This document shows positions 47,208 to 56,824 of a DNA stretch of 64,000 nucleotides, in pieces (positions within the stretch are counted from its first letter, which is position 1; every line of letters begins with the position of its first letter). Made by a program: the position numbers and the translations under genes. The notes beneath the pieces were generated by a model that had not been told where the DNA came from, searched no databases, and was given only the letters and a program-made list of their open reading frames with translations. This stretch comes from Polyangiales bacterium (lineage in GTDB: Bacteria; Myxococcota_A; Polyangia; Polyangiales; Polyangiaceae). The stretch is from NCBI GenBank assembly GCA_038231275.1, contig JBBRLQ010000018.1, positions 96,001-160,000 on the forward strand. The letters run 5' to 3'.

Positions 47208-49625
47208 CTACGAATCGACCCGGCCCGCAAGACGAAGCCCGGCCGGCACCACCGCGAGCGCGGCCACGACGCCGAGGGTGCTGCCGATCGCGCCGACCGC
47301 CCCGAGATCACGCAGGCCTTCGAAACGGCAGAGCAAGAGGGCGACGAAGCCCGCGGCGGTGGTGAGGGCGGTCGCGACGATGAGCGGCCCTTGCGTGTCG
47401 AGCGCGGCGCGCGTGGACGTGCTCCCGCGTGCTGCATAAAGGAGGAACATCGCCTCGTCGATCGTGATCCCGAGGAGGACCGGCACGACGAGCGCGTCGT
47501 ACACGTGCCAACGCACCCCGAGGCCGCGCATCGCGAGACCGAGGAGGACGATCTCGGTGGCTAGCGCCGAGAGCGCGAAGACGACGTCGCGCGCGCGGCC
47601 CAGCGCGGCCCGCAGACCCACGGCGACGAGCACGAGCGCGAGGAGCGCGATGCGCGGTAGCTCGCGGGCGAGGCTGTCCCGCAGCGCGTCGTCGAGCGCA
47701 GTGTACCCGGTCACCACTGCGTCGGGATCGGCGCCGTGGATCGTCGCGATCGCGCGCGCGTCCTTCGCCGCGTCTCCCGATGGCCGGACGAACGTGATCG
47801 CAAGCGACTCGCCCGCGTCCTCGCGGAGGTGGCGCATCACGATGAAGCCCACCGCGGCGTCGGCGGCGCTCGGGATCGGGAGCACGTCGTGCGCCGGCGC
47901 GTCGAACGCGGCGAGGGCAGGCGCGCAGGCGTCGAGATCGAAGCCATCCTCGGTCAGCGCGTGCTCGAGGCGCGCGCGCAGACGCGGCAGATCGAGGGCG
48001 TCTCGCTCGGCGAGGCGCGCGCGTTGGGTCACCTCGGCGGGTACGAACGTCGTCTGCGCATCGAAGCCCTCGATCGCGCCGTCCTTCGCGAGGGCCTCGA
48101 GCGCCTCTGCGATCGCGTCGGCGCGCGCGGCCGCCTCGTCGCGGTTTTTGGCATGCGAGACGACGACCCACTGACCGGGCTTTCCACCAAAGAGGCGATA
48201 GATCTCCTCGGCGGTGCGAAGCGGCGCGAGCGCGCTCGGGCGCACCGCCACGAGCTGATCGCCCGGCGTTGGCCAGCCCACGGCGACGAGCGCAGTCGTC
48301 GCGACGGCGACCGCTGCGACGACCGCCATCGCACGCCGACGCGTGCCGGTGAGCGCAGCGACCGCGCCGGTCCAGATCGGCGCGCGCGCGGGTGGGGGAG
48401 GTCCCTGCTCGAGCCAGGCGCCGATCTCCGGTGTGACGAGTAGGATCGCGCCCGCCGTCAGGACCTCGCCGAGGCCGCAGAGGAGCCCGAGTTGCGCCAT
48501 CGCGCGCAGATCGGTCCACGCGAGCGACGCGAACGCGAGCCCCGCGAGGCCGGCGGCGAACAACGTAGGCCGCCACGTCGCCTGGCGTGCGTCGCGCGCT
48601 GCGTCCGCCGGCGATAGGCCACGCCTGCGCGCGTCGAGCAGCGCGGCGTACACGTGCACGCCCGTGTCGACGCCGACGCCGACGACCACAGCGGCGAACG
48701 CGATCGCGATCGCGCTGAGGCCGTCGAAGGCCACCGCCGCGACTCCCGTGGTCCACACGGTGCCGAGCGCAAGCGGAGGCAGCACCGCCACGAGCGCCCG
48801 CGCGCGACGAAACGTGAGGAGGAAAACCAGGGCCGCGAGGACGAGGCTCGCGGTGCCGCTGACCGCCAGATCCCGCCGCAGCATCTCCTCGGTCGCGCGC
48901 GCGACGGCGTGACCTCCGGCGAGATCGAAGCGCAGGCCCGGATGACGTCGCGCGACGGCGCCCGTCGCTGCGTCGATGTCGCGCGTGAACGCCGCGGCGG
49001 CGCCAGATTGGAACGCGTTGCCGCGCGGCACGACGGCGACGACGCGCGCCTTGCCGTCGTCGGCTACGAACGGATCGTCGCCGCGCCCGCCCACGCCCGC
49101 CGCAATCTCGGCGCGATCTTCGAACGGGACGCTCGCAAGCCGAAGCGGATCGCGCGCGAGCCACTCCTCGGCCGCCGCCGCACCGCCGGGCGCCAGGAGC
49201 ATCGCGTGCGTCTCGTTGAGGCGCGCGCGCATCCCCTCCTCCGTCACGATCGCGGCCAAACGGCGCCGCGCGGCCGGTCCCGCGAGCCGCCACGCCAAGG
49301 AAGGATCGAGCGGTGGCGGCGCCGGCGCGCGATCGACGACGTGCGCGATCGCCGGACGCGCGACGAGCTCGGTCCGCAGCTCCGCCGCGCCGTCGCGCAC
49401 GTCGTCGGCCGAGTCGCCGCGCACGAGCACGAGACCGAGGTCGCCGCCGCCGAAGACGCGGACGTACCGCGCGAGCGCGGCCGAGCGTCCGTCGCTCGGA
49501 AACAGCGTCGAGAGATCCGCCGAGACGTGGAGGCGCGTGACCGACGCCCAAATCGCCGCGAGGGTGACCGCCACGACGAGCGTACGAACGAGCAGGGCGC
49601 TCGTCGCGGCGCGCGCCGCCGTCAT
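47208..49625 (-). CDS. MMPL/RND-family exporter
   Basis: Two TM clusters separated by large loops; GVGVDTGVH and GITIDEAMF motifs; ATGA overlap with the upstream gene. Confidence 0.85.
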   Translation of the reverse strand: MTAARAATSALLVRTLVVAVTLAAIWASVTRLHVSADLSTLFPSDGRSAALARYVRVFGGGDLGLVLVRGDSADDVRDGAAELRTELVARPAIAHVVDRAPAPPPLDPSLAWRLAGPAARRRLAAIVTEEGMRARLNETHAMLLAPGGAAAAEEWLARDPLRLASVPFEDRAEIAAGVGGRGDDPFVADDGKARVVAVVPRGNAFQSGAAAAFTRDIDAATGAVARRHPGLRFDLAGGHAVARATEEMLRRDLAVSGTASLVLAALVFLLTFRRARALVAVLPPLALGTVWTTGVAAVAFDGLSAIAIAFAAVVVGVGVDTGVHVYAALLDARRRGLSPADAARDARQATWRPTLFAAGLAGLAFASLAWTDLRAMAQLGLLCGLGEVLTAGAILLVTPEIGAWLEQGPPPPARAPIWTGAVAALTGTRRRAMAVVAAVAVATTALVAVGWPTPGDQLVAVRPSALAPLRTAEEIYRLFGGKPGQWVVVSHAKNRDEAAARADAIAEALEALAKDGAIEGFDAQTTFVPAEVTQRARLAERDALDLPRLRARLEHALTEDGFDLDACAPALAAFDAPAHDVLPIPSAADAAVGFIVMRHLREDAGESLAITFVRPSGDAAKDARAIATIHGADPDAVVTGYTALDDALRDSLARELPRIALLALVLVAVGLRAALGRARDVVFALSALATEIVLLGLAMRGLGVRWHVYDALVVPVLLGITIDEAMFLLYAARGSTSTRAALDTQGPLIVATALTTAAGFVALLLCRFEGLRDLGAVGAIGSTLGVVAALAVVPAGLRLAGRVDS

Positions 49626-50935
49626 TTTTGCGCGGGCTCCGCCTTCGCGGCGCGCACGCGAACCCGCGTCGCGCGACGACGGCTGACCGCGGTGATCTCC
49701 ACCGTCCACGTCTCGTCGAGCGTCACCTTGTCGCCCCTGCGCGGGAGCCGTCCGAGCAATCCGACCACGTGCGCGCCGATGGGCTCGCCGAGATCGTCCT
49801 CCTTCACGGTCATCCCCGTCGCACGCAAGCTCTCCATCTTCGCGCGCGCGTCGACGTCCCACTCGGCATCGCCCACCTTGGTGACCTCCGCCCCCTCCTC
49901 GTCGAACTCGTCGCGGATCTCGCCGACGATCTCTTCGAGCAGGTCCTCCATCGTGACGATGCCGCTGGTGCCGCCGTATTCGTCGACGACCACCGCGATC
50001 GGCGTGTGCTCGCGCTGCATCTCGCGCACGACTTCCAGGAGACTTTGCGCTTCGGGGACGAAGAGGATGTCGCGCTTGAGGGTCCACAAGTTCGGGAAGC
50101 TCAGCGACTCGGGGTTCAGGAGGAAGTCCTTCGCGTAGAGGTACCCGGCGATCTCGTCGAGCGAGCGGCCCTTGGTCAGCAAGACGCGGGAGAACTCGAG
50201 CTTGCGGAGGCGCGCCGCGGCGTCGCTGCCGCTCGTGTCGACGGAGATCGACGCCACGTCCACGCGCGGCACCATCGCGTGGCGCGCGCTGCGTTGCGAG
50301 AACCGCACGACGCGCTCGAGGAGCTCACTCTTGGCCTTTCCGCTGGGGCCGCGCGACGCCTGCGCAGCGAGGATGCCGAGGATCTCCTCCTCGCTGAGCG
50401 CGCCTTCGCTGGCTGCGTCGGCGCTCATTCCCATCGCCACGAGGATGAGCGCGGTCGCCCGCTCGAGGACCCAGAGGAGCGGCCGGAACGTGAGGTACAT
50501 CGCGCGCAGCGGCATCGCGACGGCGAGCGCCGTCTTCTCGGAGCGCTGGATGGCGACGAGCTTCGGGATGAGCTCCCCGAAGAGGACGTGCCCGAACGTC
50601 AGGATCGTGAACGCGACGACGGTGACCGCGATCTTGGCGTAGCGTCCGGGCTCCTCGCCGCGAATCGCCACGACGAGCGCCGTCACCGCGTGATCGACGG
50701 CGGGCTCGCCGATCCACCCGAGCCCGAGGCTGGCCAGCGTGATCCCGAGCTGGGTGACCGACAGGTAGCGCTCGAGGCGCGACACGACGGCGTGGGCGAT
50801 GACCGCCTTGCGCTCGCCCTTTCGTGCCCGCGTATGCAGCTGCGTCGCCTGCACCTTGACGAGCGCGAACTCGGCGGCGACGAAAAAGCCGTTCAACGCG
50901 ATGAACGAGAGGGCGACGAACAGGCCGGCGAACAC
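49622..50935 (-). CDS. HlyC/CorC (CNNM: DUF21-CBS-CorC) family transporter
   Basis: NGFFVAAEFAL, QLGITLASLGLGWIGEP, GELIPK, VVDEYGGTSGIVTMEDLLEEIVGEI. Confidence 0.95.
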   Translation of the reverse strand: MFAGLFVALSFIALNGFFVAAEFALVKVQATQLHTRARKGERKAVIAHAVVSRLERYLSVTQLGITLASLGLGWIGEPAVDHAVTALVVAIRGEEPGRYAKIAVTVVAFTILTFGHVLFGELIPKLVAIQRSEKTALAVAMPLRAMYLTFRPLLWVLERATALILVAMGMSADAASEGALSEEEILGILAAQASRGPSGKAKSELLERVVRFSQRSARHAMVPRVDVASISVDTSGSDAAARLRKLEFSRVLLTKGRSLDEIAGYLYAKDFLLNPESLSFPNLWTLKRDILFVPEAQSLLEVVREMQREHTPIAVVVDEYGGTSGIVTMEDLLEEIVGEIRDEFDEEGAEVTKVGDAEWDVDARAKMESLRATGMTVKEDDLGEPIGAHVVGLLGRLPRRGDKVTLDETWTVEITAVSRRRATRVRVRAAKAEPAQK

Positions 50936-50982
50936 GTGATTCGGATTGGTATCACGCCTTGGGTTGGGCTACAGCGCTGCGC

Positions 50983-52071
50983 ATGCGAATCGGGATCGTG
51001 GCCGCGGCGTTGGCCGTCGCGCTGGCCGCCTCTGCGGACGCGCCTCACGCACGCGCGTGCGGAGCGGCCGCGCCCGCGGGCTCGTACGTGCGCCTCGCGT
51101 CCGAGCGAACGATCATCCTCTGGGACGCGGCGAAGAAGACCGAGCATTTCTTGCGGCGGCCGGTCTTCGAAGGGGATCCGAAGGACTTCGGCTTCTTCGT
51201 CCCTACGCCGGTCGTTCCGGAGGTGGCCAAGGTCGACCCGCGTGTCTTCGCCGAAATGGACGCGCTCGTCCCTGCGCCTCCGTCGCCGATCGGAGGCAAG
51301 GGCGTCGGTGGCGGCGGAGGGGCGCCGGGAGGGGCCGCCGTGATCGTGGAGCAGACCGTGCGCCTCGACGACTTCGAGCTCGTCACGCTCCGCGCCGGTG
51401 ACGCGCGGGCCCTCGTCGAGTGGCTCGGCGCGCACGGTTACGCGACGCGCCCGTCGCTCGAGATGTGGGCGCGCCGGTACGTCGCGCGCGGCTGGGTCCT
51501 GTCGGCGATGCGCTATGCGCCAGGAGGAGGGGGCGGAGGCGCGCGGGCTCGCGTGATCGAGGCGCCCCCGCTGCGATTGTCGTTCGCGATCGCGGCGCCG
51601 TTCTATCCCTACACCGAGGCGCCGCCCGACGCGCGCGAGGAACAAGCGTTTATCGCGCGGACCAAATCGCCGCCGCATCATCGCCCGCTGGACCTCTGGG
51701 TCGTCGCCGCCGGCGAGGTGGAGGCGCGCGAAGGGGACGCGCTCGTCGGGACCGACGACGCGCCAGGTCCCGCGAAGGTCGCCGTCGCCGACGTGCCTGC
51801 GTTTCGGCTGGAAGGCGCCCTCGCGTCGTCGTCGCAGACGTGGTTTCCGTCGCGCACGAGGGAGACGTGGACGGTCACGCGCTTTCGCGAGGACGCTCTC
51901 CATCGCACGGCGTTCGACGATCTCACGTTCGAGGCGCCGCGCGGCTCCTCCGGGGGTGACGACGCGCCCGCGCCCGACACGTCGCGCCGCCTCGCGCTGG
52001 CGATCGTGGCGGCCGTCGTCGCGTTGGCGATCGCGCTCGCCCTTACAGACCGCAGCTCGCCGGCACGATGA
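50983..52071 (+). CDS. DUF2330-like exported protein with a C-terminal TM anchor
   Basis: ARAC signal; E.TIILWD...EHF...F..DPKDFGFFVPTP..P; L.EWL.AHGY. Confidence 0.75.
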   Translation: MRIGIVAAALAVALAASADAPHARACGAAAPAGSYVRLASERTIILWDAAKKTEHFLRRPVFEGDPKDFGFFVPTPVVPEVAKVDPRVFAEMDALVPAPPSPIGGKGVGGGGGAPGGAAVIVEQTVRLDDFELVTLRAGDARALVEWLGAHGYATRPSLEMWARRYVARGWVLSAMRYAPGGGGGGARARVIEAPPLRLSFAIAAPFYPYTEAPPDAREEQAFIARTKSPPHHRPLDLWVVAAGEVEAREGDALVGTDDAPGPAKVAVADVPAFRLEGALASSSQTWFPSRTRETWTVTRFREDALHRTAFDDLTFEAPRGSSGGDDAPAPDTSRRLALAIVAAVVALAIALALTDRSSPAR

Positions 52072-52675
52072 AGACGATGCCGAGGACGAGCCCCGCGATC
52101 GCCAGCCCCCGCCCGCGCTGACCCGGGAGCCGGCCCGCGTGCTGGATTCCGAAGCCGCTGCACACGATCGCGGCGATGCAGAGCATGAACCCGATCCAGA
52201 ACGGGAAGAGGCCGAGCATCCCGCAGATGAATCCGATCGTCGCCATGTGGTTCTGCGGATCGCTCCGACTGAGCGGCGGCGCGTAGTAATGAGCAGGGTA
52301 GGCTTGAATTGGCGGCGGCGGCGGCACGCCCGGCCCGTATCCCCCTGGCTGCGCGGGCGGTGGTGGCGCGTAGGGGCTCATCGGCAGCGTGTGCGGCTGC
52401 TGCGGTGGTTGCATTTGCGGCTGCGGCGCGAACGGGTTGGCCTGCTGCTGCGGCGGCGTGAACGGGTTGGCCTGCTGCTGCTGCTGCTGCTGCGGCGGCG
52501 CGAACGGATTCGGCGGCACCGGCTCTTGTTGCCGCGGCGGCTCCGCGCTGCGGTAGGTCGGCGCGTACGCGTCGGTGATCGGCATCTGCGGCGCCCGCGG
52601 CGAGACCGGCGCGCCGCAGACGATGCAGGCGGTGGCGCCGTCGAAGAGCGGCCTTTTGCAAACGGCGCAGTTCAC
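52043..52675 (-). CDS. DUF4190 membrane protein with a zinc ribbon and a Pro/Gln-rich region
   Basis: CAVC...CIVC; QQQQQQQANPF repeats; N.MATIGFICG...GRGLAIAGLVLG. Confidence 0.8.
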   Translation of the reverse strand: MNCAVCKRPLFDGATACIVCGAPVSPRAPQMPITDAYAPTYRSAEPPRQQEPVPPNPFAPPQQQQQQQANPFTPPQQQANPFAPQPQMQPPQQPHTLPMSPYAPPPPAQPGGYGPGVPPPPPIQAYPAHYYAPPLSRSDPQNHMATIGFICGMLGLFPFWIGFMLCIAAIVCSGFGIQHAGRLPGQRGRGLAIAGLVLGIVFIVPASCGL

Positions 52676-52700
52676 GTCGGCGTCGAGCGTAGCCTCTTTG

Positions 52701-53141
52701 TCAGAGGAGACGTAGGCGGATGCTGCGGCCCCAGCCGGGTCCCTTGATTTCCGCGACGGCGTCGACGCCGCGCGTGACGTGCACCGTCGGCTCCCAGCTG
52801 ATGTGCCCACCTTCGGCGGACACCTCCGCGTAGCGCACCTCGACGACGACCGTGCCGTCCGCGCGTGGGTTGGCGACCAACTTCAGCTCCTGTTTCTCGG
52901 GCGTTCGGCCAGCCTGCTGCGCGACCGCGATGGTTCGGCGCGGCTCCGCGTCTGCGTGCCCGGCGAGGATCACGCCGTCGCCGCTGCCGCTGCGTGTGAC
53001 CTCGTAGGTGACGGCGATCGTGGGTAACTCGGACGGGGCGGGACGCGGGGGCTCTCCGGCGCGAATCGTGGCCGTCCCCGGGGCGCACGCCGCGGAGACG
53101 AGAGAGAGCAGGGCGAACGCAGCGATCGAAACATGGCTCAT
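52701..53141 (-). CDS. Hypothetical lipoprotein
   Basis: MSHVSIAAFALLSLVSAAC signal; GGAGG RBS upstream on the minus strand. Confidence 0.7.
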   Translation of the reverse strand: MSHVSIAAFALLSLVSAACAPGTATIRAGEPPRPAPSELPTIAVTYEVTRSGSGDGVILAGHADAEPRRTIAVAQQAGRTPEKQELKLVANPRADGTVVVEVRYAEVSAEGGHISWEPTVHVTRGVDAVAEIKGPGWGRSIRLRLL

Positions 53142-53277
53142 CGGGAACCTCCTCGCGTCGTGGAGCCGCCAGCGACATGGCGACATTCCGCCCGCGCGGC
53201 CGTTCGTCAACTTGTCACGACGCGGCGTCTCGTTGCAGCGGGTGTAAGGTCGGCGCGGCGCTCGCGTTGAAAGGGGC

Positions 53278-54555
53278 ATGCGCCCGACCCACCTCCTGGT
53301 TTGCCTCGCGTCCTCGGTCACTTGCGTCCTCTCCGCTGCGGCGGCCCACGCGATGGAGCCGCCCAGCGCTCCCATCGCGCGCGACGACGCCAACTTCGGG
53401 ACGACGCCCGCGCGCGAGGCCGCACCAAGCCCGACGGCGCTCCCCATCGCCGACGCCGCGGGCACGAGCTCCAGCACGGACGGCTTCGAAGCGCGCCGCA
53501 ACGAAGCCCCCATCGCCAAAGACCCTCCGCCCAACTGGGCGGTCATCCACGCCGGCCTTCGCCCCGAGCTCGGGACCTTCGGCGGCCTCACGACGCTCGC
53601 CCTCGCGCACGCGCGCACCGAGCGCTTTTACGGCGTCTTCTCGTTCTCGGCGATCCGCAGCGACGAAGGCACGCACGTCGGGGTCGCGCAAATCGGCCTC
53701 GGCCGGAGTCTCGCCGACACGTTCGTCGGAGGCACGCAGATCAGCCTCACCGAGAACCGCGCGCGCACCTTCTACGGCCTGGGCCAGGTCGCGCTCGCCT
53801 ACAACCGCACGCTCGACATGGTCGCGGTCACGCAGCTCGGCTCGTACAACCGCGCGCGCTCGTTTCAAGGCCTCGCGCAGCTCGGCGCCTACAACCGCGC
53901 CGACGAGAGCTTCGCCGGCCTCGTACAAGTCGGCGCCTTCGACCACGCGCGCGGCAACTTCAGCGGCATTGCGCAGATCGGCGCGCTCGCGGCGGTCGGC
54001 CCGCAGCCGTTCGGCGAAGGTACGAGCCGCGCGCGCTTCGCCGGCATCACGCAGATCGGCGTCGCCAGCACGATCCAGGGGAATTTCTACGGCCTCACGC
54101 AGGTCGGCGCGACGAGCCTCACGTCCGGCGACTTCGTCGGCGCCTTCCAGATCGGCGCGCTCGGCGCCGGCGCCAAGCACTTCCGCGGCCTCGCGCAGAT
54201 CGGCCTCGCCGCCGTGTCGGGCGACTCGGTCGGCGCGCAGATCGGCGCCGGCGCGATCGCCCTCGAAGAGCACACCGGCATCCAGCTCGGCGCGCTCGGC
54301 ACGTACGCGGGGACCTTCCACGGCGCACAGATCGGCCTCGTCAACCTCGCCGACGAGGCGCACGGCGTTCAGATCGGCGTCTTCAACCACGCCAAGAGCC
54401 TCCGCGGTCTCCAGATCGGTCTCGCCAACCACGCCGAGGACGGCGTCTTGCCGTGGACGTCGATCATCAACATGGGCTTCGGCGACGACGACGACCATCG
54501 CTCCGTCGCGAAGAGCACCCCGCGCGCGACCGGCGCACGCGCATGGACGTTCTAG
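53278..54555 (+). CDS. Secreted beta-solenoid repeat protein (LA_2272-like GxQIG repeats)
   Basis: Signal peptide AHA; about 17 repeats of 12-15 aa, FxGLAQIGxxN. Confidence 0.8.
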   Translation: MRPTHLLVCLASSVTCVLSAAAAHAMEPPSAPIARDDANFGTTPAREAAPSPTALPIADAAGTSSSTDGFEARRNEAPIAKDPPPNWAVIHAGLRPELGTFGGLTTLALAHARTERFYGVFSFSAIRSDEGTHVGVAQIGLGRSLADTFVGGTQISLTENRARTFYGLGQVALAYNRTLDMVAVTQLGSYNRARSFQGLAQLGAYNRADESFAGLVQVGAFDHARGNFSGIAQIGALAAVGPQPFGEGTSRARFAGITQIGVASTIQGNFYGLTQVGATSLTSGDFVGAFQIGALGAGAKHFRGLAQIGLAAVSGDSVGAQIGAGAIALEEHTGIQLGALGTYAGTFHGAQIGLVNLADEAHGVQIGVFNHAKSLRGLQIGLANHAEDGVLPWTSIINMGFGDDDDHRSVAKSTPRATGARAWTF

Positions 54556-54571
54556 GCTGTCGCGTGAAGGT

Positions 54572-56824
54572 TCACGGGATCGCCAGCGTGAGCTTCGGCA
54601 CGCCGGCCTCGCCGTGCTTCATGTAGCCGTAGCGCGCCAGGTTGCCGAGCACGCGGCCGACGTAGATGCGCGTCTCGGTGAAGGGGATGAACTCGACGAA
54701 GACGTCCATCTCCATGCTCGGCGCGCGCCCCGTCCAGCGCGCGATCGCGTCGGGGCCGCCGTTGTAGGCGCCGACCGCGAGCGGCACGGCGCCGTGGAAT
54801 TTGTCGAGCAGCTCACGGAGGTAGAGGGCGCCGAGCGTTACGTTCTGCGCGGGGCTCGTCAGGCGCGTGTCGTCGTGGACGATCGCCGCGCCGTCGGCCA
54901 CGGTCCGCGCCGTCTCGGGAAGAAGTTGCATGAGGCCGACCGCCCGCGCCGGCGAGACCGCCTCGGGCGCGAAGTTCGACTCCTGTCGCATCACCGCGTA
55001 GACGAGGCCCTCGGGGAGATGTCCCGACTCCTCGCTCGCGCGCACGACGCCTTCGTACGGCGTCGGGTACGCGCACTCCCACGCCCACCGCGTGCGTGCG
55101 CCCGGCGCGCGCGCGAGCATCGCCGCCGGGATTTGTAGGGCGATCTGGTAACGACGCCGCGCGCGCCCCAGTTGCCCGTACGCGGCGCAGAGCGCCTCGA
55201 TGCCGCGTCCTCCTGCCGCTTGCGTCACCGCGGCCTCACGCGTTGCGAGGGCGTCCTCCGCGTCGCCGTCGAGGCCGATGCGATGGAGCATGTCGACCGG
55301 CGGAGGCAGCTTCACCGCGAGCGGCTCCTGCGCGGGCTGCGCGTCTTCGGCGTCGACCGTCGGAGGGAATGGCGCGCCGGCCTCGAGCAGACGCGCGCGC
55401 GCGACCAGCGCCGGCCACGACAGCGGACGTGCGCGCGCCACTTCGGTCCAGCGCGCGACAGCGTGGGTTCGGTCTCCTTCCTTCGACGCCGCGAGCGCTT
55501 CCATGTTCGCCGCGCGCGTCCCGCCGAGCCCTTCTTCGTCGTCGGCGATCTGCCCGAACAGCCGCCGCGCGACCTTGTGCTCTCCCGCGAGGAGGCGCGA
55601 CAGGGCGAGGTTGCGCGTCGCGTCCTTCCTCTCGGTCGCGGCGGGGTAGTGCTTCAAGTAGCCGTCGAACCCCGCCGCCGCGTCGCGCCATCGCGCGTGG
55701 AGAAAATGCAGGCGCGCGGCGTGGAACGCGGCTTGGTCGGCCCACGTCGTGCGCGGGAACCTGCGCTCGAGCGCCTCGTAGTCACGGACCGCCTCGTCGT
55801 CGCGATCGGCGCGCGCGAGGGAGCGCGCGGCCATGAACGCGTCCTCGGCGACGTGAGGCCCACCGAGCTGCGAGGTCTGCGTGTACGCCGACCACGCTTC
55901 GCCGTAGCGGTTCTTTGCCTTGAAGAGCGCGTCGGCCTTCGCGCGCATCCGATCGACGCCCGCCGGCACCCGCCCGGGCGCCGCCGCCGCGCGATCCACC
56001 GCGGCGATCGCGTCGGTCGCGCGGCTTGCGTCGGCGAGGACGTGTGCGCGCGTCATCCACTCCTCGGCGGTGAGGGGGTGCGTCGGATCGGCTTTTGCGA
56101 GCGTCGCCTCGGCGTCGTGATCGAACGTCGTGTCGGGCGCGCGAACGCGGATCCAGCGCGCGTCGGCGGCGACGGCGGCCTCGGGACCCCCCAACGCCGT
56201 ACGGAGCGCGCGCGCTTCGGCCTCCTGCGCGCGCGTCCGCGTCTCGTGCAAGATCACGCGATCGGCGGCCGTCCGCGCGCGCGCGTCCTTCGCCTTCACG
56301 AACGCGCGCGCGGCATTGAGCTGCGACGACGCCGCCGCGCGCGCCGCGAAGTATTCGCCCGCCGCGTCGAACGGACCGGCCACGAGGCGCGCTTCGGCGC
56401 GGTGGCGCGCGACGTCGTCCGACAGGAGCGGAAGCAGCGCCTCGAGCCCGTCGAGGAGCTTGGCCGCGGCGTCGGCGTCCCCGCGCGCCAGCGCGACCCG
56501 ACCGCGCGCATACCGGACCTCCGGCGCCGATTTGTCGGCGTCGGCGAGCGCGTCGAGGGCGCGCCACGCGTCGTCCCACTTCTCCTGACGGATCGCCTCC
56601 GCCCACGGAAGGGGCGCGCTCGCGTCGGCCGCGGCAGTCGCTCCCGGCGAGTCTCCGTCGGCGCCTCCACCGTCGACGGAGCCCGCGAGCGAGGAAGGCG
56701 CGGGCGGCGCGCTCGGCGCGGACGACTCGTGCTTCGCGCACGACGCAAACGCAAGGACGGCCGCGACGACGAGCGCGACGGCAGGGACGGCCGCGGCGCC
56801 GTGCGAGATGTGTGCACTATGCAT
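54572..56824 (-). CDS. slt: Lytic transglycosylase (Slt) with TPR repeats, lipoprotein
   Basis: AVMRQES, SPARAVGLMQL, AYNGG, IPFTETRIYV; FASC lipobox. Confidence 0.92.
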   Translation of the reverse strand: MHSAHISHGAAAVPAVALVVAAVLAFASCAKHESSAPSAPPAPSSLAGSVDGGGADGDSPGATAAADASAPLPWAEAIRQEKWDDAWRALDALADADKSAPEVRYARGRVALARGDADAAAKLLDGLEALLPLLSDDVARHRAEARLVAGPFDAAGEYFAARAAASSQLNAARAFVKAKDARARTAADRVILHETRTRAQEAEARALRTALGGPEAAVAADARWIRVRAPDTTFDHDAEATLAKADPTHPLTAEEWMTRAHVLADASRATDAIAAVDRAAAAPGRVPAGVDRMRAKADALFKAKNRYGEAWSAYTQTSQLGGPHVAEDAFMAARSLARADRDDEAVRDYEALERRFPRTTWADQAAFHAARLHFLHARWRDAAAGFDGYLKHYPAATERKDATRNLALSRLLAGEHKVARRLFGQIADDEEGLGGTRAANMEALAASKEGDRTHAVARWTEVARARPLSWPALVARARLLEAGAPFPPTVDAEDAQPAQEPLAVKLPPPVDMLHRIGLDGDAEDALATREAAVTQAAGGRGIEALCAAYGQLGRARRRYQIALQIPAAMLARAPGARTRWAWECAYPTPYEGVVRASEESGHLPEGLVYAVMRQESNFAPEAVSPARAVGLMQLLPETARTVADGAAIVHDDTRLTSPAQNVTLGALYLRELLDKFHGAVPLAVGAYNGGPDAIARWTGRAPSMEMDVFVEFIPFTETRIYVGRVLGNLARYGYMKHGEAGVPKLTLAIP

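Noticed and set aside
47208..50087. 959-aa ORF as a longer MMPL protein
   Set aside because: The N-terminal part overlaps the CNNM gene out of frame; the ATGA-coupled start at 49625 is more plausible
52420..52510. (CTG)n tract and QQQANPF repeats as a phase-variation or regulatory element
   Set aside because: In-frame low-complexity coding sequence of the DUF4190 protein
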